Assembly: GCA_013239625.1 (NCBI GenBank)
Contig: MU053934.1
Span: 9,879,352-9,939,351, forward strand
Source: Lama guanicoe
Lineage: Eukaryota
DNA: 60,000 nt
Direction of reading: 5' to 3'
Shown: piece after piece, positions 48,761 through 60,000 of the stretch
Layout: every line of letters starts with the position of its first letter
How positions within the stretch are numbered: the first letter of the stretch is position 1
Program-made: the position numbers and the translations under genes
Notes under the pieces: generated by a model
Told to the model about the DNA's origin: nothing
Database searches by the model: none
What the model saw: only the letters and a program-made list of their open reading frames with translations

Positions 48761-50586
48761 TACCTGGGCGCCGGGAAGTGGCTTCCTTGGCGAGAGCGCT
48801 GTGTGCATGTGCAGCTCTTTCTCACTCCCCTGGGTTCCTGCTGGGCCGCTGGAGTGCTGGCTGACAGGTGCATGGGCCCCCACAGAGGTGGGGGGCTGGG
48901 GGCACTGCCTTCCAGGAAGGTCTGTGACCTGCAGGGAGAGAAAAAGAGAACTGGGGGCTTCCCTGCTGGGCCTGTGGGGAAGGGCGCTGTCATGGCATCC
49001 CTTTGAAATCTGAAGGCCCGGCTGGCTTTGAACACAAGCGGGAGGCCTGGCCTTGGCGGCAGGAGGAGAAGGCTGCCGGCAGGACCCCTGGAGCTCAGAC
49101 GTATCACTGACTTAGATCCCTTTGGGCCCAGCTGCTCCCGCCTTGGGACTGCGCTGTAGCGGGAGTGGCCGCCTTTGAAGGAAGAGCAGCTGCTGCGCAC
49201 TGAGGCCAGGCTCCTCTGGAGAGGAGAGGACCAGGGGGATTCTGCTCCGGGTGACTTGGGCCCCCCGCCCGCTCCCGTTTCCGTGCAGGGCTCCAGCCCC
49301 ACGTGTGGGTCCTGCGGGCAGGGGAGGGCCAGCTGGAGGCTTCTAGCAGATTCTGAGCAGGTGGGAGTTGGGCAGGGGACTGGCAGGCGGTCCCAGGGCT
49401 GAGGGGGCCTGAGAGCAGCCCCAGGTGGGGGGTTGGCTGGGTTTGTGCTTTGGAAGAAGAGTTGGCCCCCAGGCGGGCTCAGAAGACACCTGGAGTGGCG
49501 TTTGTTCCTTTGTGCTCCCGTCCCTTTCGAGACAGAACGAGAGGGGGGTGGGAAGGACACTGGGCCTCCGCGGGCTGGCTCAGCGTCTGGGCTCCCGCAT
49601 GCCCGGGCCCCGGGCCGAGCTCTGGGTTTCTGAGGGTGGGACCCACAACGGCTGAGTCCACAGGTGGCAGAGCGGTGGCGGGAGCTGCCGTGCTGTGTAG
49701 ACCGGGCTCTCTGTACCACCTCTGTGTGTGTGGGCCTGCTGTGTGGACCGTGCTGTCTGCACCGCTGGGGAGGTGCTGCTCACACAGTACCGCCTACATG
49801 TGTTGGTGGTGCTGTTTTCCACACAGGGTTTGGGGGGTCTGAGGGAGCTCGTCTGGTTTTCTCTTAAACTTCCGCTGTGGCCTGGGAGGGCTCCTGGCCA
49901 CAGCACCCTGTCTGTTGCCCGGAAGACCTGGGCTCCAGCCTGCCTGCCCACCCATGGTTCTGCAGCCCCCTGCCCCGTGCCCCTCAGCTCTTTAACCAGG
50001 CCCTGCCCTGTGCTGGGTGCCAGACGGTGGTGAGTGATGGAGGAGGCCACGGCCCCAGGGAGACTGGGCCGGTGGGAAGGAGGAGAGAGGTGGGGCTATG
50101 GGACAGAGGGGCCTGACCCCGCCTGGGGGTCAAGGAGGGTGCCTTGAGGGCTGAAAGAAGGGAGCACAGGAACCCGCTGAGCAGAGCTTAGGTGGTTTAG
50201 CTTCAGGAGAGGTGGGGAGGGGTAGCGAGGCCGGGCGAGGCCACGGGTCACCACGCCGCCCTCCCTGGGACCAGGTAGGGCTGGCGTGGGGTCAGTTTAT
50301 AAAGGTCAGTTCCTGTCCTCGGCTCCTAGAGACCCAGCCAGGGTGTGGCCTCTGCTGGGGTTAGCGCTGGGCTCTGAGCACATCAGGGGGGCCTAAGAAA
50401 GTGGGTTGAGCTGGCCGGGGCTCAGTGATGGGGGCTGGGTGGGAGTGCTGTCATCCCCAGGTGGCCCTTCCTGGGCGCCCTGATGGAGGCCACCTGCTGG
50501 CCGGTGCTCCCCTTCCTGGTTCCTGCTGTGCTGCGCCCAGCTCTTCTGCTTTCTGGGTTGAGATCTGAGGTCCCCTGTGACAGCCA

Positions 50587-50708
50587 CAGGCAGCTGCAGG
50601 GAGACCCTGGCCTGGAGATGCGTTTCCCCGGTGGGTCCCAGAGCTCAGGCAGCTGCAGGGAGACCCTGGCCTGGAGATGCGTTTCCCCGGTGGGTCCCAG
50701 AGCTCAGG
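50587..50708 (+). repeat. Perfect 59-bp tandem repeat x2 (also at 52683-52804 in the second copy)
   Basis: caggcagctgcagggagaccctggcctggagatgcgtttccccggtgggtcccagagct occurs twice, followed by cagg. Confidence 0.92.
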
Positions 50709-51387
50709 GTAACTGGAATTGTTTGTGGGGTCACAGCTGCCCCCGGCAGCTGCATGGGGACCACTGTCTGGGGCAGCGTCTGCGAGGTGGGGGGTGAGCC
50801 AGATCTGACTGGTGATGGCCAAGGGGGCAGGGAGTGGAGGGCACCGCAGCCAGGGGGGCACCTGGTGTGGCAGAGACAGGAAGAGGTGTCAGTGGTGGCT
50901 TCTGGCGAGAGTTTGGCATTTAAGATTGAAGCAACTTGAGTGGTTGAAAAAACACACATGCCTTCAACGTCACAAACCCAGAGTCTCACTCTTAGAAGAA
51001 CCGGATTATAACACCCCGCCCACGGGGTTGCCACAGAGCTGACGGTTCTATCCTGTCTCCCAGCCACCGAGAGGGCAGCGAGGTGTATGGATGGTCTCAC
51101 AGGTGCTGCATCCCTGGAGCGGAACTGTGAGGTTCGTGCGCAGGGCCGGGGGAGCCCCACTGTCCCGAGCGATGCTGCTCGGCACCTCTGCAGGTTGAGC
51201 CTTATGGTGTGCTCCTCCCAGACCCCTCTGGGCATGTCCTTGGAGTCCCATGCTGGCTTCAGCATCCAGGTTTGTGTCCGGGGGCTGGTGTCTACAGCCC
51301 TTTCCCTATTCCATCCAGAGAGATAGGTCAGGGATGAGACTGGTAGGCTGGACTGGAGGCCACTCTGAGGACCTGTGGCTGATGCTG

Positions 51388-51530
51388 CCTCCGGGGGGTG
51401 GTCAGCGTGCCCCCAAACCCCGCCCCACCCTGTCCTCCGGGGGGTGGTCATCGTGCCTCCAAGCCCCACCCCATCCTGTCCTTTGGCGGGTGGTCAACGT
51501 GTCCCCCCGCCCTGCCCCATCCTGTCCTAC
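51388..51530 (+). repeat. Degenerate ~46-bp minisatellite x3 (also at +2096)
   Basis: Units of the form cctccggggggtggtca.cgtgcc.cc...ccc.cccca.cctgt. Confidence 0.8.
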
Positions 51531-54500
51531 TGGGTGAGCACATCCTGGATCAGGAAGAAAGCAGTATTTTGTTCCACAGTCACTGCTTGAGAAAGTGGGG
51601 ATCTGTGTGAATCACATCAGAAGTTAAATACGGTGTAATCATCTGGAGGGGGGTGGGGTAGGGTAGGGCTGGAGGGGACAGGGAGCAGCAGGGACCTAAG
51701 GATGCTGGACCCAGGGGCAGAATTTAAAGGAGTGGGATTCACTGGCGGTCTTCCTGCCCCTTAGAGCCCAGCCCACTCAACAGTGGAGGCTGCAGATGTG
51801 TGACTTTGCGGCCGCCCAGCACGTTTTGGGGGAGAGGAAGTGGAATATGAGTCACAGGCCAGAGAGCCCTGGGCATGAGGGCATGAGCACAGGCGGGGCT
51901 GCTAGCAGGGTGGGAGTGAGGACAGATGGTGGGCGGGGCTGGAGGGGCTGCCCTGCCCCTGCTGCTCCCTGCCCTGGCGGCCTGTGTCTGAGGATCATGC
52001 CCCTCCTGGGAGGGCCTGGGGGAGAGGCCAGTGCCTGTCTGCAGGGGCAGGGCTGTGGGCTCCCCCTGGGCTGCCCCAGCATCGCGTTCTAAGTTGGGCA
52101 CCTGGAATTGTGACTCTCGGTGGGTGGGCCCTGGGAGACCTGCCCCATAACCCTCATCTGTGGCCAGCACAGGGCACCTGCCCTGCCCAGTGGGGAGCGG
52201 GGAGTCGGGGAAGGAGCTGGGCCAGGAATCCTCGTGACTGCCTTGTGTCACCGCCCCCATCTGACAGGTAGGGGCCTCTGGGCAGGCCTGCAGGCAGCAT
52301 CAGGAAGGGATGTGCAGGCCTCCTGGGTGTCGAGGGTGTCGAGGGCCACTCCGTCCGTGTTCGTGGGAGGTGGGCCTGATGGGCTCTCTGGAGGACCTGG
52401 GATTCATTCTGACGCCTGCGAGGTGGGCCAGGCCGAATGGTGGCAAGAAAAGGAGAGGCCTGGCCTCTCGCCAGCGCTGTCTGGGCTTTTGAGAAGCCCC
52501 GCACCTGATCTTTCACCGTCAGGCAGCCGCCTCTGCATTTGGAGAATTGGCCACCTTAAGATGATCCTGGGCGCCCTGATGGAGGCCACCTGCTGGCCGG
52601 TGCTCCCCTTCCTGGTTCCTGCTGTGCTGCGCCCAGCTCTTCTGCTTTCTGGGTTGAGATCTGAGGTCCCCTGTGACAGCCACAGGCAGCTGCAGGGAGA
52701 CCCTGGCCTGGAGATGCGTTTCCCCGGTGGGTCCCAGAGCTCAGGCAGCTGCAGGGAGACCCTGGCCTGGAGATGCGTTTCCCCGGTGGGTCCCAGAGCT
52801 CAGGGTAACTGGAATTGTTTGTGGGGTCACGGCTGCCCCCGGCAGCTGCATGGGGACCACTGTCTGGGGCAGCGTCTGCGAGGTGGGGGGTGAGCCAGAT
52901 CTGACTGGTGATGGCCAAGGGGGCAGGGAGTGGAGGGCACCGCAGCCAGGGGGGCACCTGGTGTGGCAGAGACAGGAAGAGGTGTCAGTGGTGGCTTCTG
53001 GCGAGAGTTTGGCATTTAAGATTGAAGCAACTTGAGTGGTTGAAAAAACACACATGCCTTCAACGTCACAAACCCAGAGTCTCACTCTTAGAAGAACCGG
53101 ATTATAACACCCCGCCCACGGGGTTGCCACAGAGCTGACGGTTCTATCCTGTCTCCCAGCCACCGAGAGGGCAGCGAGGTGTATGGATGGTCTCACAGGT
53201 GCTGCATCCCTGGAGCGGAACTGTGAGGTTCGTGCGCAGGGCCGGGGGAGCCCCACTGTCCCGAGCGATGCTGCTCGGCACCTCTGCAGGTTGAGCCTTA
53301 TGGTGTGCTCCTCCCAGACCCCTCTGGGCATGTCCTTGGAGTCCCATGCTGGCTTCAGCATCCAGGTTTGTGTCCGGGGGCTGGTGTCTACAGCCCTTTC
53401 CCTATTCCATCCAGAGAGATAGGTCAGGGATGAGACTGGTAGGCTGGACTGGAGGCCACTCTGAGGACCTGTGGCTGATGCTGCCTCCGGGGGGTGGTCA
53501 GCGTGCCCCCAAACCCTGCCCCACCCTGTCCTCCGGGGGGTGGTCATCGTGCCTCCAAGCCCCACCCCATCCTGTCCTTTGGCGGGTGGTCAACGTGTCC
53601 CCCCGCCCTGCCCCATCCTGTCCTACTGGGTGAGCACATCCTGGATCAGGAAGAAAGCAGTATTTTGTTCCACAGTCACTGCTTGAGAAAGTGGGGATCT
53701 GTGTGAATCACATCAGAAGTTAAATACGGTGTAATCATCTGGAGGGGGGTGGGGTAGGGTAGGGCTGGAGGGGACAGGGAGCAGCAGGGACCTAAGGATG
53801 CTGGACCCAGGGGCAGAATTTAAAGGAGTGGGATTCACTGGCGGTCTTCCTGCCCCTTAGAGCCCAGCCCACTCAACAGTGGAGGCTGCAGATGTGTGAC
53901 TTTGCGGCCGCCCAGCACGTTTTGGGGGAGAGGAAGTGGAATATGAGTCACAGGCCAGAGAGCCCTGGGCATGAGGGCATGAGCACAGGCGGGGCTGCTA
54001 GCAGGGTGGGAGTGAGGACAGATGGTGGGCGGGGCTGGAGGGGCTGCCCTGCCCCTGCTGCTCCCTGCCCTGGCGGCCTGTGTCTGAGGATCATGCCCCT
54101 CCTGGGAGGGCCTGGGGTAGAGGCCAGTGCCTGTCTGCAGGGGCAGGGCTGTGGGCTCCCCCTGGGCTGCCCCAGCATCGCGTTCTAAGTTGGGCACCTG
54201 GAATTGTGACTCTCGGTGGGTGGGCCCTGGGAGACCTGCCCCATAACCCTCATCTGTGGCCAGCACAGGGCACCTGCCCTGCCCAGTGGGGAGCGGGGAG
54301 TCGGGGAAGGAGCTGGGCCAGGAATCCTCGTGACTGCCTTGTGTCACCGCCCCCATCTGACAGGTAGGGGCCCCTGGGCAGGCCTGCAGGCAGCATCAGG
54401 AAGGGATGTGCAGGCCTCCTGGGTGTCGAGGGTGTCGAGGGCCACTCCGTCCGTGTTTGTGGGAGGTGGGCCCGATGGGCTCTCTGGAGGACCTGGGATT

Positions 54501-57500
54501 CATTCTGACGCCTGCGAGGTGGGCCAGGCCGAATGGTGGCAAGAAAAGGAGAGGCCTGGCCTCTCGCCAGCGCTGTCTGGGCTTTTGAGAAGCCCCGCAC
54601 CTGATCTTTCACCGTCAGGCAGCCGCCTCTGCATTTGGAGAATTGGCCACCTTAAGATGAGCCCTGAATGTCGGGGACCCCGCCTCTCTTGGCCATGGTG
54701 ACAGCATGGTGTGGACTGGGCTGGCTGGGGAACATGGGAGGGCTGCCTGAGGATGCCCCAGGGAGGGACGGGTGGGTGGTTGCTGGCGTCGGGACGCCGG
54801 CTGGGTGGCAGGGCATGTACGTGGGTGGCTGCCACTCCTACTGTAGCCACCCTGGAAGGGGCCATGTTGTCCCTGTTTCACAGGTGAGTGAGGGTCAGAG
54901 GAGTCCTGGTAGATGGCTCGCTGCCCCCAGGGCCTCTGCCCTTGTCCGTGGCCCTCCTGCCACTTCCTGTTGGGTTTATTTCGGTATTTTCAAAGATCAA
55001 AGCTGTCCTCTCTGATATCCGCTTGTGGGCCTTACGTGGACCCTTAACTTCCCACTCAGCCCACTCCTCAGGGCTCTGGTGACCCACCCGCTCCGTGTGC
55101 GCCCGAGGGCCCCACCAGCTCTGCATGGACTGCGGACCTCCCCCCACCTCTCAGAGGGGCTGTCCTGTCAACCCCCTTGACCCCGGCTCCGGACTGGGAG
55201 CTCCCTGAGGGCAGGCCTGGGCCTGCGAGGCTGGGTGATTCCAGAGGCCACCATCACCCAGCTGCTGTTGGCCTGGGTGGCTTGGCGGGGTGGGGTGGGG
55301 CGGGGTGGGGCAAAACCCGGTGCACGCCAAGTGCTGGGGAGAGGCTCCGGGGCGGGGACAGGGGTCAGAAAGGTTGGGAGGGGGAGCCCACAGCGCTTGT
55401 CCCAGGACAGCTGAGTATGGTGGTGAGGCTGCTAGTTTAGAAAAGTAGCTGGAGCAGGGGGGCCTAGACCCAGAGCTGGTGCGCAGCGCTGCTGGCCGAG
55501 GCAGGTGCTGCTTCCCCGGCACGTCCGCCCTCACCTCGGTGCTGGGGCCAGTGTGACTGAAATCCCTCTTCCTCTTGGGTTCTCTGATCCCGGACTTAAA
55601 TGAACATGGCTGCTGCATCAAAACGGACTGTGGTAGGGCTCCCCTTGAACGAATCTAAACGGCCAATGCTGACATCTCAGGTCACGTCCCCTGGAGGGCT
55701 GTGTCCCGTGTCCTACCCCAGTCAGCCGCGGGAGGGCGGGGAGGACCAGGTGGCATCAATGGGATATTGCAGCTGCGGCTCCACGAGGGCCGACGGGGAC
55801 CGTCTCACTCATTCCGGGTCCCCAGCGCTTGGCCGAGGGCATCGGGGCACAGTTTAGCGGAGCCTGCTGACGTCTGTCCCGAAAGGCTGCCCAGGCCAGA
55901 GGCCCTCGGCCACCACCTCCACCCAGCTGACTTGAGTTGACCATCAGGCTCCTTTTAAGTTAGCCAAGTGTGCATCTTTGATAATTGACCACTTAAGTGT
56001 GTGATTAAAACTGGTTCAGTGAGGTGTTCGCGCTGCATGTCGGTGAGGGAGCGTGGCCTTGAGCTCACTCAGTCGTTCACGCCTGGGGATGTGCTGGGTT
56101 CCATTTCTCTCCTGCGTCTTTTCACCGTTCCAGTTGGATCAGACCTGGGAAGGACTACATCCTTCCACACCTGCAGGAGACGAGAGTTCAAAGCAGATTT
56201 CCACCCCGAGAGTCTTTGAGTTCCGTGGCTGACGTGTGTGGGGAGCAGCCCTGCTGCCGGCTTTTACAGGCCAGTTCGGGCCGATCCCGCAGCCGGGCCA
56301 GAACCCCGCACCTCCAGGGCGTGGATGGCATCGCGGAGGGTCTCGCTGGCCTCCTGCGTGATGCTGGCTCTGTGTATGGAAGCTGGCCCTGCTGCATCGA
56401 GTTGAAAAGTCTTGGCATTGAAAGAGCCTGTTATGACCTATTTGTAAAGTATTTCAGAATCACCTACATGGATATTTTGCCCTCAATTCTGTATAATTAG
56501 AAGGTATAAACCCAACTTGGGGACTGTCTCGGTGCACCAGCGCAACCTAGATTAGAGCTCCCCGTGTAGGTGTTTCCTTTTTTCCTTCAAAAGAAATCAT
56601 ATAACAAAAGCAAAAGGAATTGAGCTCATCATCATGGTTCTCAAATACTTGAAAACAGTATTGGCTAACTAACATGGAAACGTGTGGGCTGATTGGCAGA
56701 CCCTTTCTCTTCACCGAGAGCAGAAACAGAAATCTCAGGGAACGTTTAAAAGCCCCTGGTGAGTTCTGCCTCGGAGGCGGGTGAGCCGTGGCTGGATTCC
56801 CACCTGCCCAGCTCTCTCCCCTCACCTCGGGTCCTGGCGGAAGCTGGTTGCCGATGTTCCTGGTTGTGGGCACCATTAACGTGCAGCCTTGTGGGTGTGG
56901 CTGGCTGCGGAGGTGGGACCTGTGGTCCTTGTCCGTTTGACAGCTGTCATCCGAGGCCTCGCTGCTCAGCCAGTGCACACGCTCCCTCAGCCAGCAGCGC
57001 TCCCTCGGAGGAGTGTCCCTTTGTGGGGAGGCAGGTGTGGGGCCAGCGCTGCCCCAAGTGGCCAGGATCCCAGAGCAGGATGGATTGTGTCGGGGGAGCC
57101 TTGGGGGCCAGAACTTCCTCTTCTCATGCTTGTGGCCCTCAGGTGCTCGGGTCAGGATGTGCGGCCTTCCTTGGTCACACAGGACCCTCTTGTCTGTCTG
57201 TTTAGTTATTCCTGATGTGATCGGTACCCTCAAGTTCACCACCAAAACAGAAGCTGGGGTCTTGCTGAGAACCCCCGTTGGCCAGCCTGAGATCTCAGCC
57301 GTGTGCTCCCAGCCTCCCCAGCTGAGATTTCCAGCTCCCTCGTTTTACCGTCTGTTCCTTCCCGGGGGGAATCTCTGCTCCTTGGGATTGAGTCTTGAAG
57401 CACTGGTGGAGATGGCCTGGGCAGATGGGCGGGGTGAGGATTGAGCGCATCCTCGGCCAGGGCAGGTATGAGAGCACACAGGTGTGAGGGGCCAGGTGTG

Positions 57501-60000
57501 TTCAGGGACAAGTGGGTATAGGGCAGCAGCCAGGGGAGAGCAGGGGTGGTGGTGGTTCCTGGCCTCTCACAGGTAGAGGGTACCTGTAGGATCAGGCCAG
57601 GAGGGAAGGTGTTTCCAGAAGTTTCAGGTGTAGAAATGGCCCTGGGAGGAGGTCCAGGCTGGTGGTGGAGGCTGGGGCTGCCCTGGTCCTGGGCTAGGGG
57701 CCCTCCTGGGAGAGAAGGGGAAGGTTGGAACCTGGGGGTGTCGTGGCAGCACAGGGGGCTGGGGCTGGGAGGGGTTGTCGTGAGGCCAAGCATCGAGGGA
57801 AGCTGGGCCCCATCCCTCCCAGTGTGGGGCCCACAGACCAGGCCCAGAGGAACGTGCCCCTCTCCCAGAGACACATACACAGGCATCTCCCAGGCACCTA
57901 GGGAGCGTGGGGGCAGGTGCAGAGGGTGGGGTTTCAAGCATCCGGGCTGGCTGGGAAATTGCTGAGAGAGAGACTGAGAGAGAGAAATGCAAGGCTTGTT
58001 GGAGACTCTGCTTCTGCTGGTCTCAGTCTGCGGTTTCCAGAACAGTCGGGGTGAGGGGTGACCTGGAGGGCTGACTACTGGGTCAGCTTTCCACACGGTT
58101 GCCTTGGAGGGGGTGCCTCTTCTGCCCCCAGAGCCTGGGGCTGTGGGTCTGTCTTTAATGCAGGGTTTCCCACCATGGACCTTGTCCTGTGGGGCCGGTC
58201 CAGACTGCCTTGTTTCTGGAAAAGGAGGTGATGTTCTAGGTCCTGGGTCTGGTAGAGGCGCTGGGGTCCCAGAGTGGAGACCTCCTTGTTCCCGCCCCAC
58301 AGTGCGTCACCAGGCGAGCAGCTCTTCCAGCTAACGGTCCCCCGTATCACTGTGGGTCCCCTGTGGCTGTTGGGGGGCCAAGATGCGACGTGCAGAGAAC
58401 CCCCGAGCCTGTGCTGCACAGACAGGTCCTCGGGTCCCCGGCGTTAAATCTGGCGCTCTCCTCCTCCCTCTGTTCCTGTCACCACCCGCCCGCTGCCCAG
58501 GGAGCTGAGGAAGTGAGCGTCACTGGGGAGGGAATGGACTGGGGGCTTTGTAGTGGGGAAGACGAGGCTGCTTCCTGGTGAGGGGGCAGCCACCCCTGCT
58601 CCCCGTGTTGGGCCGGCATCCCTTCGTGGACACAGTGGGGATCAGGTGCGTGCAGGGCCAGCGCTCCGAGGGGAGGTCGGGGCCGTGGGGCGCAGGCCCT
58701 CTCTGCCACTTCTCCCTGGCCTGGCTTGGAGGGACACTGCGCTCTGGGCCAGCTTGCGTGGCGTCTTACCTGGTTGAATGGAATCTGTGAGGCCAGAGCT
58801 GTCAGTCTGTGCAGGGGTGGCTGTGGTGGGGTGACGAGGGCCAGGACAGCCCTTCCTGCAGGGGCCACCTGCCACAGCACTGGGCTGATAGTTGAAGGTG
58901 CCCTCCCCTCTCCCGTGTGGGTGGAGCCGGCCTCCCGGGCGCCCTGGGGTGTGTACTCTTCAGGGGGTTTGGGGGTCCTTCTCTCTTCTCAGCTGAACCA
59001 GTTATGGAATGCTGCTCCCTTTTGGAATTGGGAGATTGGGCCCCAAAGGCGGCACGCTGTTGTCATCTTGGGGCCTCCTCCCCAGTCACTGAGGCCTCCT
59101 CCTTGCAGAACTTTGATGCTGCATGACCGACTCAGCTAGGTGGGACTGGAAACCACCCTTCTCAGCGTTGCCAACCTGTTAGTCTTGTTCAGCCAGGCCT
59201 GCGTGCTGGCTTTCAGCTTTTGGTGGGTCCTGCCCTCCCCTGGGAACCCAGAGCCAGACCTTTGACCCCTGGGCTGTGAATGGGCAGGGTGGAGGAGGGG
59301 CTCTGGTGGGTGAGCAGACAGGGAGGTTCCTTTGATGCCTACGGGCGGCCTGGCCGGGGCGGGCCGGGGCGCCAGCCTCGCGGAGCAGCCCTGGCTCAGG
59401 GTGGCGTCAGTGCGGCGTGCTTCCTGGCAGGGGAGTGTTTCGGTGGCACGCTGGGTTTTCCTGAAGAGAAAGGGTGTGGAGCCCCCACAGCGTGTGAGAA
59501 TGAGGTGATGCCGTGAGCGGGCTCTTGCCTGGACCAGGAGGTGCCCCGCCGGGGGCTCTCGGGTGTCAGGGGTTCTGGCGGGTCTTAATTAGGACAAACA
59601 AGTGCGGCTTTCTTTGCAGGTCACTGTTCCAGGTAGCTTCGTGAGATGGGGAGGCTTTTACCGTTTTCTGTGCTCTCGCAACCTGCCTTTTGGGCGCCGT
59701 GCAAGGCGGCACCTTCTGATCAGTTGCTTTTCAGCCTGTAAAGGGTTTAGCAGTGGCCACCTGTTTTGGGTCAGACTTTGAAAATTCTGGCGAGATGTCT
59801 GGGTCTCCTCTGCTCTGGGGAGTGGAGTCCAGGGGTAGGGCCGTGCGGGAGGGACGGAGGGAAGGAGTCTGTCCTGCTGATTCGTTCCTTCTGCCTGCGG
59901 GTTCCAGTTACGGAAGGGACAGAACCTCGATTTGGGCATCCTGACAGGAGACCCTCTAAGTGTCGCTCCCCAGCTTCTTATGGTGAAATGCTGGTTTGGG

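Larger units (their letters stand above)
50469..54660 (+). repeat. Head-to-tail tandem duplication, 2 x 2096 bp (50469-52564 and 52565-54660)
   Basis: The sequence and the ORF track repeat with a constant 2096 offset. Six substitutions and no indels were seen by eye. Confidence 0.97.

Noticed and set aside
50587..54660. Repeat arrays as a CRISPR-like or other programmed repeat-spacer system
   Set aside because: Repeats are directly adjacent with no unique spacers and no associated genes; the context is mammalian intronic DNA.
54868..54890. Polypyrimidine-CAG|GTGAGT motif resembling a recursive splice site
   Set aside because: The context resembles a decayed MIR core (ccc.ttt.acag.tgag...tgagg.tcagag), so it is probably coincidental without junction-read evidence.
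57236..58300. 354-aa minus-strand ORF and similar long ORFs (48760-49719, 25289-26077, 50645-51469)
   Set aside because: Pro/Gly/Ser/Arg-rich, no domain motifs, and expected by chance in GC-rich DNA with few stop codons.

Overview
GC-rich mammalian genomic DNA, probably a camelid, judged from its tRNA-Ala-derived SINE family. The only well-supported coding sequence is the ~3.5 kb first exon of CELSR1 on the minus strand (about 15427 down to the splice donor at 11960/11959). It encodes the prodomain and a run of cadherin repeats, and bases 1-11959 are its first intron. A CpG-island promoter lies at about 14.3-16.8 kb. A second CpG island at about 40.4-41.5 kb holds a short + strand first exon with a strong donor; from recalled mammalian gene order this is probably the upstream GRAMD4 promoter. 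The rest is intronic or intergenic, with L1, MIR/L2, MaLR/ERV solo LTRs, SINEs, simple repeats and three N-gaps. I found no convincing new biological system. The most notable observations are: (1) the CELSR1 signal-peptide coding region appears deleted right after the Kozak ATG, putting that ATG out of frame; (2) an exact-length head-to-tail 2096-bp duplication with 6 substitutions seen; (3) a chimeric L1 plus 3'UTR-like retro-insertion; (4) an orphan promoter-like motif cluster at 30.3 kb. Items 1 and 2 may well be assembly artefacts.
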